A stretch of DNA of 64,000 bases, taken from IMG/VR virus record IMGVR_UViG_3300045988_120604. One strand, written 5' to 3'. A program made the position numbers and the translations under genes. This DNA comes from a virus. The notes beneath the pieces were generated by a model. The model saw only the letters and a program-made list of their open reading frames with translations, was not told where the DNA came from and ran no database searches. Below are positions 29,379 to 39,413 of this stretch, one piece after another (positions within the stretch are counted from its first letter, which is position 1; the number at the start of each line of letters is the position of its first letter).

Positions 29379-29876
29379 ATGCGTTTTAAGATAGCTGAGT
29401 TTAAAGGATGGACGATATTGGGGATCCCGGCAAGCTTAGACGATCATAGACCTGGAAGCAAAACCGTTATCTTCATAGAGGGTGAAGCTAACGAAGCTGA
29501 TTTTATAGAAGTCACACAAGAGTATTCTTTTCTTAAAAATAAGGTAAAGAAACTTGCCGAATTGTATCATGATGGAGAATGGCTTGCGACTGGTAAATTG
29601 AATCAAGATCCGCCTACTAACAAGGAGCGGTTTCAATTTACGTTAGACAAGGATGATATTATTAACATGATTAGGGGAGTCGATTTAGATCCTTATTCTG
29701 ATGTGGCGAATGAAATGGAGAAAATCGGATTGGGATCATCATCTGATTCTTCATATGAGGGTCCCACATGGTCTTGGTTTGTTAACAAAGTAGAACTTTG
29801 GCAGAAGAATAATGTATGGGATAGTTTCTCCGCTGAGTTTTTGTGGGGTTTGTATTGTAGGATAAAGAAAGTATAG
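29379..29876 (+). CDS. Hypothetical protein (165 aa)
   Basis: ORF only. Confidence 0.5.
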   Translation: MRFKIAEFKGWTILGIPASLDDHRPGSKTVIFIEGEANEADFIEVTQEYSFLKNKVKKLAELYHDGEWLATGKLNQDPPTNKERFQFTLDKDDIINMIRGVDLDPYSDVANEMEKIGLGSSSDSSYEGPTWSWFVNKVELWQKNNVWDSFSAEFLWGLYCRIKKV

Positions 29877-29921
29877 TAACAATTAATTTAAAACAAATCA
29901 ATTAAAAGATTTTAAAGATGT

Positions 29922-30083
29922 GGTTAGAGTAATGACAAAAGAAGAGTTCGAATCAACAATCGAAGAAGATATTAAATTCGTTGAGGGATTCAAGAATTTC
30001 TTAAAACATGATGATGCCACGAGGATAGTAGAGCATATCAAGTCTGTGTTAGAAGCATCAGTAGATTACTGCGCAGAATATAT
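29922..30083 (+). CDS. Small hypothetical ORF (~53 aa; MTKEEFESTIEEDIKFVEG...)
   Basis: Below the ORF-track threshold but fills an inter-ORF gap. Confidence 0.25.
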
Positions 30084-30330
30084 ACTCCGATAATTATAGG
30101 CTTAAGGTTTATACTGGTAATTGCATAATTCAATTGAACGTAAATCCAAAGGACCCCAGTGAATCCTTTTTTGACGTATATGATAGAGATGAGATGAAAT
30201 TGATATACGGAATAAAGATCAGTATTCTGAAAGAAATGTTTATCATATGATTACCAAGCAGGACATACAAGCAGCAGCATCGTATATTTTCCGAAGCAGT
30301 TTTGTCTCGTAGGACCAGGCAAGGAAAGCA

Positions 30331-30564
30331 ATGGTAAGAGTCGGCAATAACGCTACCAAGATCCTCGTCAAGACCTTTAGAGGCAAGTTGTTCAAGAAAG
30401 CTTTTGAAAGAGCCCGTAGAGGAAAGGATATCAGTTCTTTTGAAAGACAGGAAAAAGAAAGTGGTTTCAATTTTCTACACAATCCTAATAATGGTCGTAT
30501 GCAAAGCGGTCATATTATAATAGATGGAATTGGTCTGTTTAAACAAATAATTCATGAAAGGTAA
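30331..30564 (+). CDS. Hypothetical basic small protein (77 aa)
   Basis: ORF; the antisense ORF 30243..30482 is probably a shadow. Confidence 0.35.
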   Translation: MVRVGNNATKILVKTFRGKLFKKAFERARRGKDISSFERQEKESGFNFLHNPNNGRMQSGHIIIDGIGLFKQIIHER

Positions 30565-30724
30565 AAAAGTTGATATTCGTTTAGGTAGAGGTCTGGCGAA
30601 TCAGATTAAGATAAACAAAACCATTCCAGTGTCTCATAAACCAAAAGAAGAACGTCGAATGATGTTTATTTGTGGTGATGATATTGCTTCTATTATAAAG
30701 CGGTTTGAAAACGAATCAAAGTAA
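30554..30724 (+). CDS. Small hypothetical ORF (56 aa; MKGKKVDIRLGRG...) overlapping the upstream stop
   Basis: Start overlaps the end of the previous ORF. Confidence 0.25.
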   Translation: MKGKKVDIRLGRGLANQIKINKTIPVSHKPKEERRMMFICGDDIASIIKRFENESK

Positions 30725-30775
30725 TATAAAGTCGGACATATATCTTGTCCGATTTTTTTTTTATATATTTGTGGC

Positions 30776-31099
30776 ATGGCAAGAGGTTATTATTGGATAC
30801 CACAAACAGATGAAACGTTAAATGGCAGAAGCTATTACGTGGCTAAGATAGTAGGAGATATCACGTTTGATACTAAACGAAAAAGAATCGTATTTCAAGC
30901 TGATAGGTATTTCCCTGTAGGATCTGTTTTCCATTTTACGCACAATTGCTTCAATTATATCATAACTTGCCTAATTCGTAAGCCGGGGCTTTGGTTTGAA
31001 GCCAGGAGAGAGGATTCGGGCTCTATTTGCCCTGAAGATATTGAGCGCTTTGAATCGGGAAGGTTTATACACCGAGATGGGTACATGCATTACATGTAA
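30776..31099 (+). CDS. Hypothetical protein (107 aa)
   Basis: ORF followed by two terminator-like hairpins. Confidence 0.45.
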   Translation: MARGYYWIPQTDETLNGRSYYVAKIVGDITFDTKRKRIVFQADRYFPVGSVFHFTHNCFNYIITCLIRKPGLWFEARREDSGSICPEDIERFESGRFIHRDGYMHYM

Positions 31100-31107
31100 G
31101 CTGAACT

Positions 31108-31139
31108 TGACGATTTTTCGTCAGATTATAATTTTTTTT
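31108..31139 (+). terminator. Rho-independent terminator (tgacga-tttt-tcgtca hairpin, then T8 run)
   Basis: Direct reading. Confidence 0.5.
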
Positions 31140-31151
31140 CATATTATTTTT

Positions 31152-31188
31152 AAGCCATTAGACTGAGAAGTTAGATGGCTTTATTTTC
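31152..31188 (+). terminator. Second hairpin (aagccat...atggctt) plus tattttct
   Basis: Direct reading. Confidence 0.35.
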
Positions 31189-31241
31189 TATGATATGCTT
31201 GATTTTTAACTACCTTTGTCTCATAACAAAAATGTTTTACT

Positions 31242-34200
31242 ATGACATCAACGTGTATTATTAAAAGAGATAATAAAAAGAAAGTTGTTTCTGTCTCTAC
31301 CAGATCAGGGGACAGGTCTATGTTGTTTGATAAAATAGCATCTGTTCCCCTTATGGAGAATAGGGAACGGGCTACTACTGTTTTTAAAACCGTATTTTCT
31401 AATAAGTTCTTAAAGGCTTTTGGCGACTGGAGAAAGAGAGTGCCTATCAACAAACAGGCTTATAATAAGGTAAAATCCAACATCGATCTTATCCCAGAAG
31501 CCTATATAGAAAGGGTGCTGGATAAGGCTTCTAAGATGAGTAACCCTGTTCTTGTGTCAAAATCAGATGCACCTTATGGGATTCAAGAATCGGGCTTTGG
31601 ATTCTACAGCCAAGATCTGGGTGATAATATTATGTTGGTGGATGCTATGGTTCCGTCAAGTATTTCCGTACCGGAAGGACCGGGAATAGACGCCGGGCAG
31701 TATCTACAAGATGCTATATCTTCGGACTTCACTCCCGTATCTATGGTACAGGATAAGGGTGTTAATTATATGGTTATAAAAGACGGTCTTAAGATATTTA
31801 GCCCAGAGGAGTTACCAGAAACAGATTCTAATCCTGTGGGTGTAACGTATCAGACCGGAGAGCCTCGTTTGTTTTTCATGAACGATCGTAATCAATTATT
31901 TGAAGATTACGGAGAAGCTCTTCGCTCTGGCGGGAATGATATTAGAATAGGATTCTTATCCGGCACCGTTCAAGAATCTACCGTGGATGGCGTGGCAGAC
32001 ATTACTTACAAGGCTGGAAAGTATGTTCTTAATAATCCCAAGTCTTTTATACCGGTCATGACCGCTTCTGCTTCTACTTCTTTATCAACGAAAGGCGGGA
32101 TAATTAACTACCTTATAAAGAAAGGTCTTTTGTCAGGATCTAAGATATTCGATCCTGAAACAAGAAGCTATTATCTTACAGGAGAAGGTCATACAGGACA
32201 AATTAGACTTTTCAATTCAGCCTTATCCTACACCGAGCTCCGTAATCATTTTGGTTCAGATGTTTCCATGAACGACCAGGGTATGATAACCATAAGCTCG
32301 TTGGATAATAGTAAGGTAACTATGAGACTCGCTACCGGAGGGACGGAAAGGGTTAGTAGGGAACAGATAAAGAACGATCTCAAGTCAGGAAGATACAATG
32401 AATTGGATGCTAAGTACGATCATTTTGATGCGCTTGTAGTTTCATTCATATTAGAAGACAACGATCTTTATGCTGATGCTAAAGCTAAGATCGTATCAGA
32501 TTATAGCAGGCAGGAACGTGACCAACGAAATTCTATTGTCGAGATACTGAAAACGCTGGGCGTTAGTGTCATAGGTATGACCGACTATATAGAGAAGTAC
32601 CAAACCAAATACGGGCATGAACCTTCTGCTAAGGCATTGGCGGATATTGCCAATAACGTAATAGCAGTTGGTGAAGATGCTACTTTATCTGATTTAGTAG
32701 AAGAAACAGCCCACTTCCTTGTAGAGGCATACAGAGATCAGAATGCTGTTGAGGCTGTTCTGCAAGATGTAGAAGGTACGGAAGAGTGGAACCAATATGC
32801 AGGTCAGTATTATAATACATACGGTAAGGTATATGAAGGAGCTGAGCTTGATAATGCTGTTAGGAGAGAAATTCTTGGAAAGATCCTCGCCAGGGAGATG
32901 CAGACCGGCACAGCACAGGCGCCGGTAGAGCCCACCTCCTTCCTGGGGCGCGTCCGGCAGCTTCTCTCTGGAATCGTAAGCTGGCTTAAATCAGCTTTAT
33001 CAACCCAAAGACAAGATTTGAATAACGTTATTAAAAACATTCGTGATCTTGCCATTACTGACATAGATAAAGGATTTGACACCTCTCTGTTAAAGGATAA
33101 TGACTTTACATTATATTCCCTTTCTTCTATGAACAAGAACAAGTTTCTTGAGTCTAAAATCCGGGCATTAAGGAAAACATTAAGAGACTTACGTCAGATA
33201 AGCTCTGATAGGGCTGTAACTACGTCTATGACCCTTGCGCAGCTTAAGACCATAGAAGATAAGATAAATAAAGTAGAGACCGAAATAGACAAGAATGAGA
33301 TGGCGGCTGCCATGAACAGCATGATCTCCACAGCCGAAGCTCAGGTCAGATACTTAAGTAATGTGGTGAACATCATCCTTCATGGTGATACCAAAGACGG
33401 TAAGCTTCACTTCAATACCAATGATCGAAAGAACGTAGATATTATCAACAATCAGGTTCTTCCGATCATGAACGATCTTCGAGGATATATCCGTAACAGA
33501 AGTACCGAATTTGATGAACGTGAAAAGCAGGATTATACAAATAGGATCAATACCGTCATTGCCGACATCAATGGTATTCAGTCTGATATTAAATCAGTAC
33601 AAGACCTTGATGAAAGTACGTTGCTTGATAAGTTAATGAACGAACTTCATGTGCCGGCAGATAAGGTAAAGAGAGTAAAAGAATTTTTCGACAAGGTTCA
33701 ACACGATGTTTCTTGGATAAGTAGGTGGTTTGGTATATTAGAGCATTCTTCCAGTCCGTTCAATAACGCTCTTGGAGCTATGATTGCCAAAGACAATTAC
33801 AATGCGATGGTGAATGCCCAGCCCGCCATATCCGACTTCCTGGCATATGCGAAAAAGCATGGTTTTAACAAATCTGAATTTGAAAAACTGCTTCAGAAAG
33901 TAGACAGCAAAACTTCTAATTACCTTCGTAGTGCTCTTGATATGGCTAAATACGATCGTAATAAGAAGCTGGCGCAGATGCGAGCGTTTGCGACTGCCAT
34001 GAACATAGAGATATCAGAAGAAGAAATTGGTGATGTGGTTGACAATAACCGTAATTACGTATTTAAAAGAGAAGTAGTTGACAAGGATGGAAATACGGTT
34101 ACTGAAAACGCTAAATTCAAACCATCGTCTGATAGAGTTAATACCGATATTTTTACCATCGAGCAGGAAAAGATCTATACAGAGCAGATGGAAAAGTGGG

Positions 34201-37200
34201 ATGCTGAAAATTCGGAACTGGAATTTAGCGAAAGTTATGCCACAAGAATGGAATCCATATACAAAAAGGCTGAAGAAGAATTAGGGCATCCGGTTTCTCA
34301 AACAACCAAAGAATACCTTAATGCTCTATCCCGGCAAAAACGGATATTGAGGCAGCCTTTTATTGATAGCGGTGGTAATTTTGATGAAGTTGCCTATTTT
34401 AAAAGCAGCAATTACGAAGAAGAAGGACTGCTTCGTAAACAACGTAAGGAAGCAGCTTCAGAATACATATATGTAGGAACCAGGAGAGTGGAAAAAACCG
34501 GCGACCAACTTAAGATGGCCAAAGAAATACAAGCTATAAATGAAGTTTGGAGAAAGGAATCAAATAATGTTACTAATGCCGTATCAGAATCGTTTTTGCA
34601 AAAATTGAGAGCGATTCAGAGCGAGTCAGGAGGGGAAGCTGCATTGAGAACGCTTATGTTGGGTGGTCACCTGTCATTCAACGATCGGTTTTGGAATGAT
34701 ATAGAATCGGAACAGTCAGCGCGTACCGAATCAAATAACAAGGCTTCGTATCTCAAAATGGCGCATGATATCATTAGTTCTACGACAAGTGATAGAGATG
34801 CGACTGACGTGGATTCTATTGTGAAAGATATAGAAAAAAATAAGGCCATTATCAAGGAAATAATCGGAAACAATCGCGATGTGGCTGATATCGGAGAGAT
34901 TAACGAAGCGACATTTACCTCATCTGAAAGAGATGCTTTTAGGGCCGCATCTGAAGCTATTGAAGCCGATTACGCTATTTTGATAGATTATGTTAAGATG
35001 GTGGGTCTTGAAGATATTGATAAGTACCTTACTAAAAGCAGTAAGGCTGAAAACGAAGTAAATCAGTCTTATTTAAATGCTCTTGCTGACTCCAAGGAAG
35101 TGGAATGGAAGTTCGTACAACGTCATACTACGGCGAAGAAAGCAAGAAGGATTCAGGCTTTAAGGGATAAGCTGTTTAAGGCTGCTGATAACCGATATTT
35201 GTTTACCGTATCTGAAACCAACTACCTGTCAGAAAAGCTTGGTATAAGCAAAGAATTAGACGGTAGAGATTTTAGGAATGCTGTTAATGCTAAGATGGCC
35301 AGCTTATTTTTAAATAATACAAGGGAAGAGGGCATAGAAGAGGCCAATGCTATTGTTAATGAATTTGCCAGGAGCCAGGTTTTTTCGTACTATAAACGCA
35401 TGGCTCCTACCGGATATGCGGCTATGATCGACAAAATCGGTCGAGGTGAGATAGATGTGGCGCAGATGGTTAAGGACGTACAAAACGGTACATCCACCCA
35501 AGATTATGGCATGGACATATCGTACCTGTCTTTCGATCCTGCAAGGGCATGGGTGGCTGAATCTGAAGCCGAAAATAGCGGCCGTAATCCTGATTATGTA
35601 AAAGATCATGGGTATGGTCATCGCATGCCTAAGAAAAGCCTGTATCGTGACGAATCGTATTTCAATGACTTTGGTATCAAGTATGATGCTGACGGTAATG
35701 AAGTTGCTACTAAAAACGTAGAGCAGTGGAATATGATTCAAAAACTCAAGGAAATAAAAAGACAATCCCTTGATCTATACAAAGAGCAGAGCCCGAACCT
35801 GTATGCTATTCCACAGATATCAAAACAAGACATAGAACGTATGGAAGGATTGGGTATTAACTTCAAAAATACGGTTCGTAATTTTGTATCAGATCTGTGC
35901 CTGGACAGAGTAGACGATTCTCTATACGGTAAAACCAGGCAAGGAGAAGTATATGATCCGGAAGATAGACTTAGGTCTATACCTAAATACTACATATATG
36001 AATTGGAGAACCAAGATGATGTATCTCACGATTTTGGCTACTCTTATTCGATGCTTATGATGCAGTCATCGTTATACAACGAAAAGCAGAAGTCTATAGA
36101 GCTCGCTCAAGGACTGGAGCAGATGTTGCTGAATAAGCAATTTGAAGGCGGGAAGAAAGCTGAAGCGACTCAAGCATATCAGATGTTTAGGGACTTCTTC
36201 AACGATCATTATTATGGCATTAGGATGAACACCAAAAAACTTACGGTGAACATCGGAGGATATACGGTAGACCTTACAAGAATTATGATGGCTGTTGAAA
36301 GATTTATGTCGGTCATGAACTTGGCACTGTCTCCGTTTGTGGCAGCTACCGGCGCCTTAACAGGTCATATCAACCTCATCATGGAATCTGCCGTAGGACA
36401 GTATATAAGCAAAGACTCCCTTAAATACGCATCGGCTGAATTTTCACGCCTTGCTCCGTCTTGTATAGCAGAAACCGGAGACATAGATAGGAAAAGCAAA
36501 TTATATGTCATAGGTGAGAGAATGGGGATATTCAATATCCGAAATCGTATGTATGGTGCCGGATACAATAGAGCGGCCAGGACCTTAATGCGTTCGCCTA
36601 TGTATGCTTTTATGGAAATCCTGAACTACCCTCTTGATCCGCAGGTTATGATTGCTACTATGGACAATGTTCGTTATTACAAAGGCCGGTTCTACACGTT
36701 CCAAGATTTCAAGATGGAAAAAGAACGTAATAAAGAACAGAGTACCATAAAAAGAGAATGGAATGCATTAAAAGATCGTACTTTATGGAGTATGGTAGAC
36801 GTCGTGGATGGGAAGGTGGTTGTAAAGCCAGGATCGGGTGTTACTGTTGAGGAAGTAGAAACCCAGATGGCTATAACCAGGAATCAAGTCCGTAGCTTGT
36901 CGCAGATATGTAACGGATCTTTGAATGAAGAAAACCGAACTGCCGCATCGCGCAACTGGATAGCCAGGTTCATGACCGCCCACCGAGGGTGGTTGGTGCT
37001 GGCGGCTCAACGTCTGTGGAAAAGACGTGGCTTCAATTTCCAGACAATGCAAGAAGAGGAAGGGTTGTCAATTACGTTAAAGAATATGATAGCCAAAACA
37101 TTTAGCCTGGCTTCCGAGTCTGGTATGAAAAACATCATAGATGCCTGGAACGAAAATAAAGACAATATGGATGAGGTAGAGAAAACTAATCTCAAACGCC

Positions 37201-37664
37201 TCAGTGTCTATGCCGGCACGTTCCTTATCATGCAAGCCGTATCCATGCTTCTTGCCGGATGGCGTGATGATGATGAAAACGAAGAAAGTTGGCTTACTCA
37301 ATTTGGATCTTACGTTGGATTCAGAACCATAAACGAAATAGCTTCACAGATGCCGTTTATTATGGAGCTTAACGTGGTAGATATCATTAACGATCCGTTT
37401 GTTATGGGGCGGAAACTGAAGGATCTTACCGATCTTAGGAATTATTCACTTGATGAAGTAACATCCGGCACATACAAAGGAGAGTCTAAGTTATTTAGGC
37501 AACTCGCCAAACAGACGTTTATCAAACAATGGTATAATATCAAGACGCCGGAAGACGTAGCGCGCGCCTATAATTGGTGGCAGCAGACAAACAACAAGTC
37601 AATGATGTTCTTCATCGGCGCTACTCCTGATTCGGAAGGAGACGATGACGTTAGTTACAAATAG
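31242..37664 (+). CDS. Giant virion protein (2140 aa); candidate cargo protein. A virion-RNAP-like role is possible but unproven.
   Basis: Last gene of the plus-strand block, the position occupied by giant cargo/RNAP proteins in crAss-like phages. It contains YDADGNE, which only partially matches the DxDGD catalytic motif. Confidence 0.7.
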   Translation: MTSTCIIKRDNKKKVVSVSTRSGDRSMLFDKIASVPLMENRERATTVFKTVFSNKFLKAFGDWRKRVPINKQAYNKVKSNIDLIPEAYIERVLDKASKMSNPVLVSKSDAPYGIQESGFGFYSQDLGDNIMLVDAMVPSSISVPEGPGIDAGQYLQDAISSDFTPVSMVQDKGVNYMVIKDGLKIFSPEELPETDSNPVGVTYQTGEPRLFFMNDRNQLFEDYGEALRSGGNDIRIGFLSGTVQESTVDGVADITYKAGKYVLNNPKSFIPVMTASASTSLSTKGGIINYLIKKGLLSGSKIFDPETRSYYLTGEGHTGQIRLFNSALSYTELRNHFGSDVSMNDQGMITISSLDNSKVTMRLATGGTERVSREQIKNDLKSGRYNELDAKYDHFDALVVSFILEDNDLYADAKAKIVSDYSRQERDQRNSIVEILKTLGVSVIGMTDYIEKYQTKYGHEPSAKALADIANNVIAVGEDATLSDLVEETAHFLVEAYRDQNAVEAVLQDVEGTEEWNQYAGQYYNTYGKVYEGAELDNAVRREILGKILAREMQTGTAQAPVEPTSFLGRVRQLLSGIVSWLKSALSTQRQDLNNVIKNIRDLAITDIDKGFDTSLLKDNDFTLYSLSSMNKNKFLESKIRALRKTLRDLRQISSDRAVTTSMTLAQLKTIEDKINKVETEIDKNEMAAAMNSMISTAEAQVRYLSNVVNIILHGDTKDGKLHFNTNDRKNVDIINNQVLPIMNDLRGYIRNRSTEFDEREKQDYTNRINTVIADINGIQSDIKSVQDLDESTLLDKLMNELHVPADKVKRVKEFFDKVQHDVSWISRWFGILEHSSSPFNNALGAMIAKDNYNAMVNAQPAISDFLAYAKKHGFNKSEFEKLLQKVDSKTSNYLRSALDMAKYDRNKKLAQMRAFATAMNIEISEEEIGDVVDNNRNYVFKREVVDKDGNTVTENAKFKPSSDRVNTDIFTIEQEKIYTEQMEKWDAENSELEFSESYATRMESIYKKAEEELGHPVSQTTKEYLNALSRQKRILRQPFIDSGGNFDEVAYFKSSNYEEEGLLRKQRKEAASEYIYVGTRRVEKTGDQLKMAKEIQAINEVWRKESNNVTNAVSESFLQKLRAIQSESGGEAALRTLMLGGHLSFNDRFWNDIESEQSARTESNNKASYLKMAHDIISSTTSDRDATDVDSIVKDIEKNKAIIKEIIGNNRDVADIGEINEATFTSSERDAFRAASEAIEADYAILIDYVKMVGLEDIDKYLTKSSKAENEVNQSYLNALADSKEVEWKFVQRHTTAKKARRIQALRDKLFKAADNRYLFTVSETNYLSEKLGISKELDGRDFRNAVNAKMASLFLNNTREEGIEEANAIVNEFARSQVFSYYKRMAPTGYAAMIDKIGRGEIDVAQMVKDVQNGTSTQDYGMDISYLSFDPARAWVAESEAENSGRNPDYVKDHGYGHRMPKKSLYRDESYFNDFGIKYDADGNEVATKNVEQWNMIQKLKEIKRQSLDLYKEQSPNLYAIPQISKQDIERMEGLGINFKNTVRNFVSDLCLDRVDDSLYGKTRQGEVYDPEDRLRSIPKYYIYELENQDDVSHDFGYSYSMLMMQSSLYNEKQKSIELAQGLEQMLLNKQFEGGKKAEATQAYQMFRDFFNDHYYGIRMNTKKLTVNIGGYTVDLTRIMMAVERFMSVMNLALSPFVAATGALTGHINLIMESAVGQYISKDSLKYASAEFSRLAPSCIAETGDIDRKSKLYVIGERMGIFNIRNRMYGAGYNRAARTLMRSPMYAFMEILNYPLDPQVMIATMDNVRYYKGRFYTFQDFKMEKERNKEQSTIKREWNALKDRTLWSMVDVVDGKVVVKPGSGVTVEEVETQMAITRNQVRSLSQICNGSLNEENRTAASRNWIARFMTAHRGWLVLAAQRLWKRRGFNFQTMQEEEGLSITLKNMIAKTFSLASESGMKNIIDAWNENKDNMDEVEKTNLKRLSVYAGTFLIMQAVSMLLAGWRDDDENEESWLTQFGSYVGFRTINEIASQMPFIMELNVVDIINDPFVMGRKLKDLTDLRNYSLDEVTSGTYKGESKLFRQLAKQTFIKQWYNIKTPEDVARAYNWWQQTNNKSMMFFIGATPDSEGDDDVSYK

Positions 37665-37801
37665 ACAAAGAATATCGGACTTGCATTGTTTTTGTATGAT
37701 TCCAATATGTTATATTGGCATCGTCAAAGAGTAGATTGTACGTTTTTTGTTCTTACTTGAAAGATTATGTAGGTTTAATTTTTTTCTGAAATTGTTTTCT
37801 T

Positions 37802-37843
37802 ACCGGTTCTCAGTCAGAGATGATAGGGAACCGGTTTCTTTTA
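37802..37843 (+). terminator. Rho-independent terminator (accggttc...gaaccggt 8-bp stem, then ttctttt)
   Basis: Direct reading, 140 nt after the stop of the giant gene. Confidence 0.6.
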
Positions 37844-38040
37844 TGTTGTCAATTATTGCTATCTTGCAAACAAAAAATCATGAGACGAAGATTTCAAATA
37901 GGGAGGGGGGTAAATCCCTCGCTTATAATCAATAAAGGCATATACATCCAACATGTAGATGGAGGATTTATACAAAAGAAAATTGGTCTAATAAAGGATA
38001 TTCCAATGATCTATGCAATGGAATAGCTCTTGTAGATAAA

Positions 38041-38631
38041 GTGTGTTTTGTTATAGCCACCGAATATATTGGCACATTTCGTTGGGGTAAGGATGGAAAA
38101 ATAGACAATATATTGGCACAAGATAGTTCTCATATTGGAACTATTAAAAAGGATTATTGGGGGCGTGAAAATCAGAATGCGTATCTTGAATATGATACCA
38201 GTAATACAGATTACGCTTTTAATAAAGCTAATAGCTATTTATTTAAAAATGGTCAAAATGGATATGTAGGTGGCGCCGGAGAGTTTTTTTTGATATCATT
38301 GTATGCGAATGAAATAAACGAATGCCTTTTAATGGTAGGAGGTACGATAATGAGTAATAGAATGTGGACATCCACTCGAAATACAAAATTTTCTATATAC
38401 CAATCTTCTAAAAAACGGTTGGATACTGTGTATATTCGAGGAGGTGTTCCAATGGAAGATAGGCAAGAGATCGATAGTCAGGTTGATACGATAAAGGAAT
38501 TGCTTGAACAGGATTCGGTGGTTCTTGCTATTGCTTTAACAACCTCTCCTTATTATGGATTTAGAGTAAGTGTGATAGCACCACCCACGTTCTTCCATAA
38601 TGGTCCTAATGTCCCCTTCTATGAAATCTGA
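38041..38631 (+). CDS. Hypothetical protein (196 aa)
   Basis: ORF; its 3' end overlaps a candidate minus-strand small ORF. Confidence 0.4.
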   Translation: MCFVIATEYIGTFRWGKDGKIDNILAQDSSHIGTIKKDYWGRENQNAYLEYDTSNTDYAFNKANSYLFKNGQNGYVGGAGEFFLISLYANEINECLLMVGGTIMSNRMWTSTRNTKFSIYQSSKKRLDTVYIRGGVPMEDRQEIDSQVDTIKELLEQDSVVLAIALTTSPYYGFRVSVIAPPTFFHNGPNVPFYEI

Positions 38632-38703
38632 GGCATTCATTGAATGTGTAGAGTTGGGATTGTGCTTGGCACCACACTTAGGACATACGAGTTGGTAATT
38701 CAT
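38536..38703 (-). CDS. Small zinc-ribbon ORF (55 aa, MNYQLVCPKCGAKHNP...), ATGA-coupled to the upstream gene
   Basis: caaggaggaagtatcATGA: a strong SD lies 7 nt upstream of an ATG that overlaps the TGA of gene 38700..39413. Confidence 0.3.
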   Translation of the reverse strand: MNYQLVCPKCGAKHNPNSTHSMNASDFIEGDIRTIMEERGWCYHTYSKSIIRRGC

Positions 38704-39413
38704 GATACTTCCTCCTTGTTTTTAGATTCTGCCTCTTCAAGTATGCTGATTACTTTATCGACGATATCTGAATCTGACATTTTCTCAATAAAAACATCCA
38801 TTGCCTTAGTTATGTCATTGGCTTCTTTTTCTTCAAGAGCTATTTCTCCACCGGTAATAGCATCAGATAATGATGTAGATAAGTGTCTTATCTTATCAAT
38901 GCTCATAAACGTAAATGGGTTACCACCCCAGCCTCCACCCATTTCTTTCATGATCTGATATCCACCTGAAATAAGTCTGCCTGATGTCGTAGCCAAGGAG
39001 GATACGATTAGGGACAGTACCGCCGCTTCCGTCCGCTCCTCGGACACGCCCTTCGACCACACGGCTGCCCTTATAGCGCCGGCCAGGTCGTCTATGTATG
39101 GCATGAGACAATCTTCCATTGCTTGTGTTATATCAGCAATAACCTCACTACGTTCTTTGTTTATGTAATATATAGAGGCATTGTATCTTTTTATCTCCTT
39201 ATCCATATCATTCAAAAATCGTTTGACATTATGTTTGTACATAGGACCACCCTTAATTACTTCCTTTAGCTTAAGAATGTAATTATAAGCCTGGTCATTT
39301 ACGAACAACGTCATGGTTTCAACCGTTGAATGAAGCGTGTTGAGGCTGTTAAGAATCTTATCGAAATTGTTTATCAAATAAGCTTTTCTGGCTTTTGCTG
39401 CATAGTTAATCAT
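38700..39413 (-). CDS. Hypothetical protein (237 aa)
   Basis: ORF in a co-directional operon. Confidence 0.6.
   Translation of the reverse strand: MINYAAKARKAYLINNFDKILNSLNTLHSTVETMTLFVNDQAYNYILKLKEVIKGGPMYKHNVKRFLNDMDKEIKRYNASIYYINKERSEVIADITQAMEDCLMPYIDDLAGAIRAAVWSKGVSEERTEAAVLSLIVSSLATTSGRLISGGYQIMKEMGGGWGGNPFTFMSIDKIRHLSTSLSDAITGGEIALEEKEANDITKAMDVFIEKMSDSDIVDKVISILEEAESKNKEEVS

Noticed and set aside
30243-30482. 79-aa minus-strand ORF overlapping plus-strand ORF 30331..30564
   Set aside because: It is hydrophobic low-complexity sequence, whereas the plus-strand partner is basic and protein-like. The minus ORF is treated as the shadow, with low certainty.
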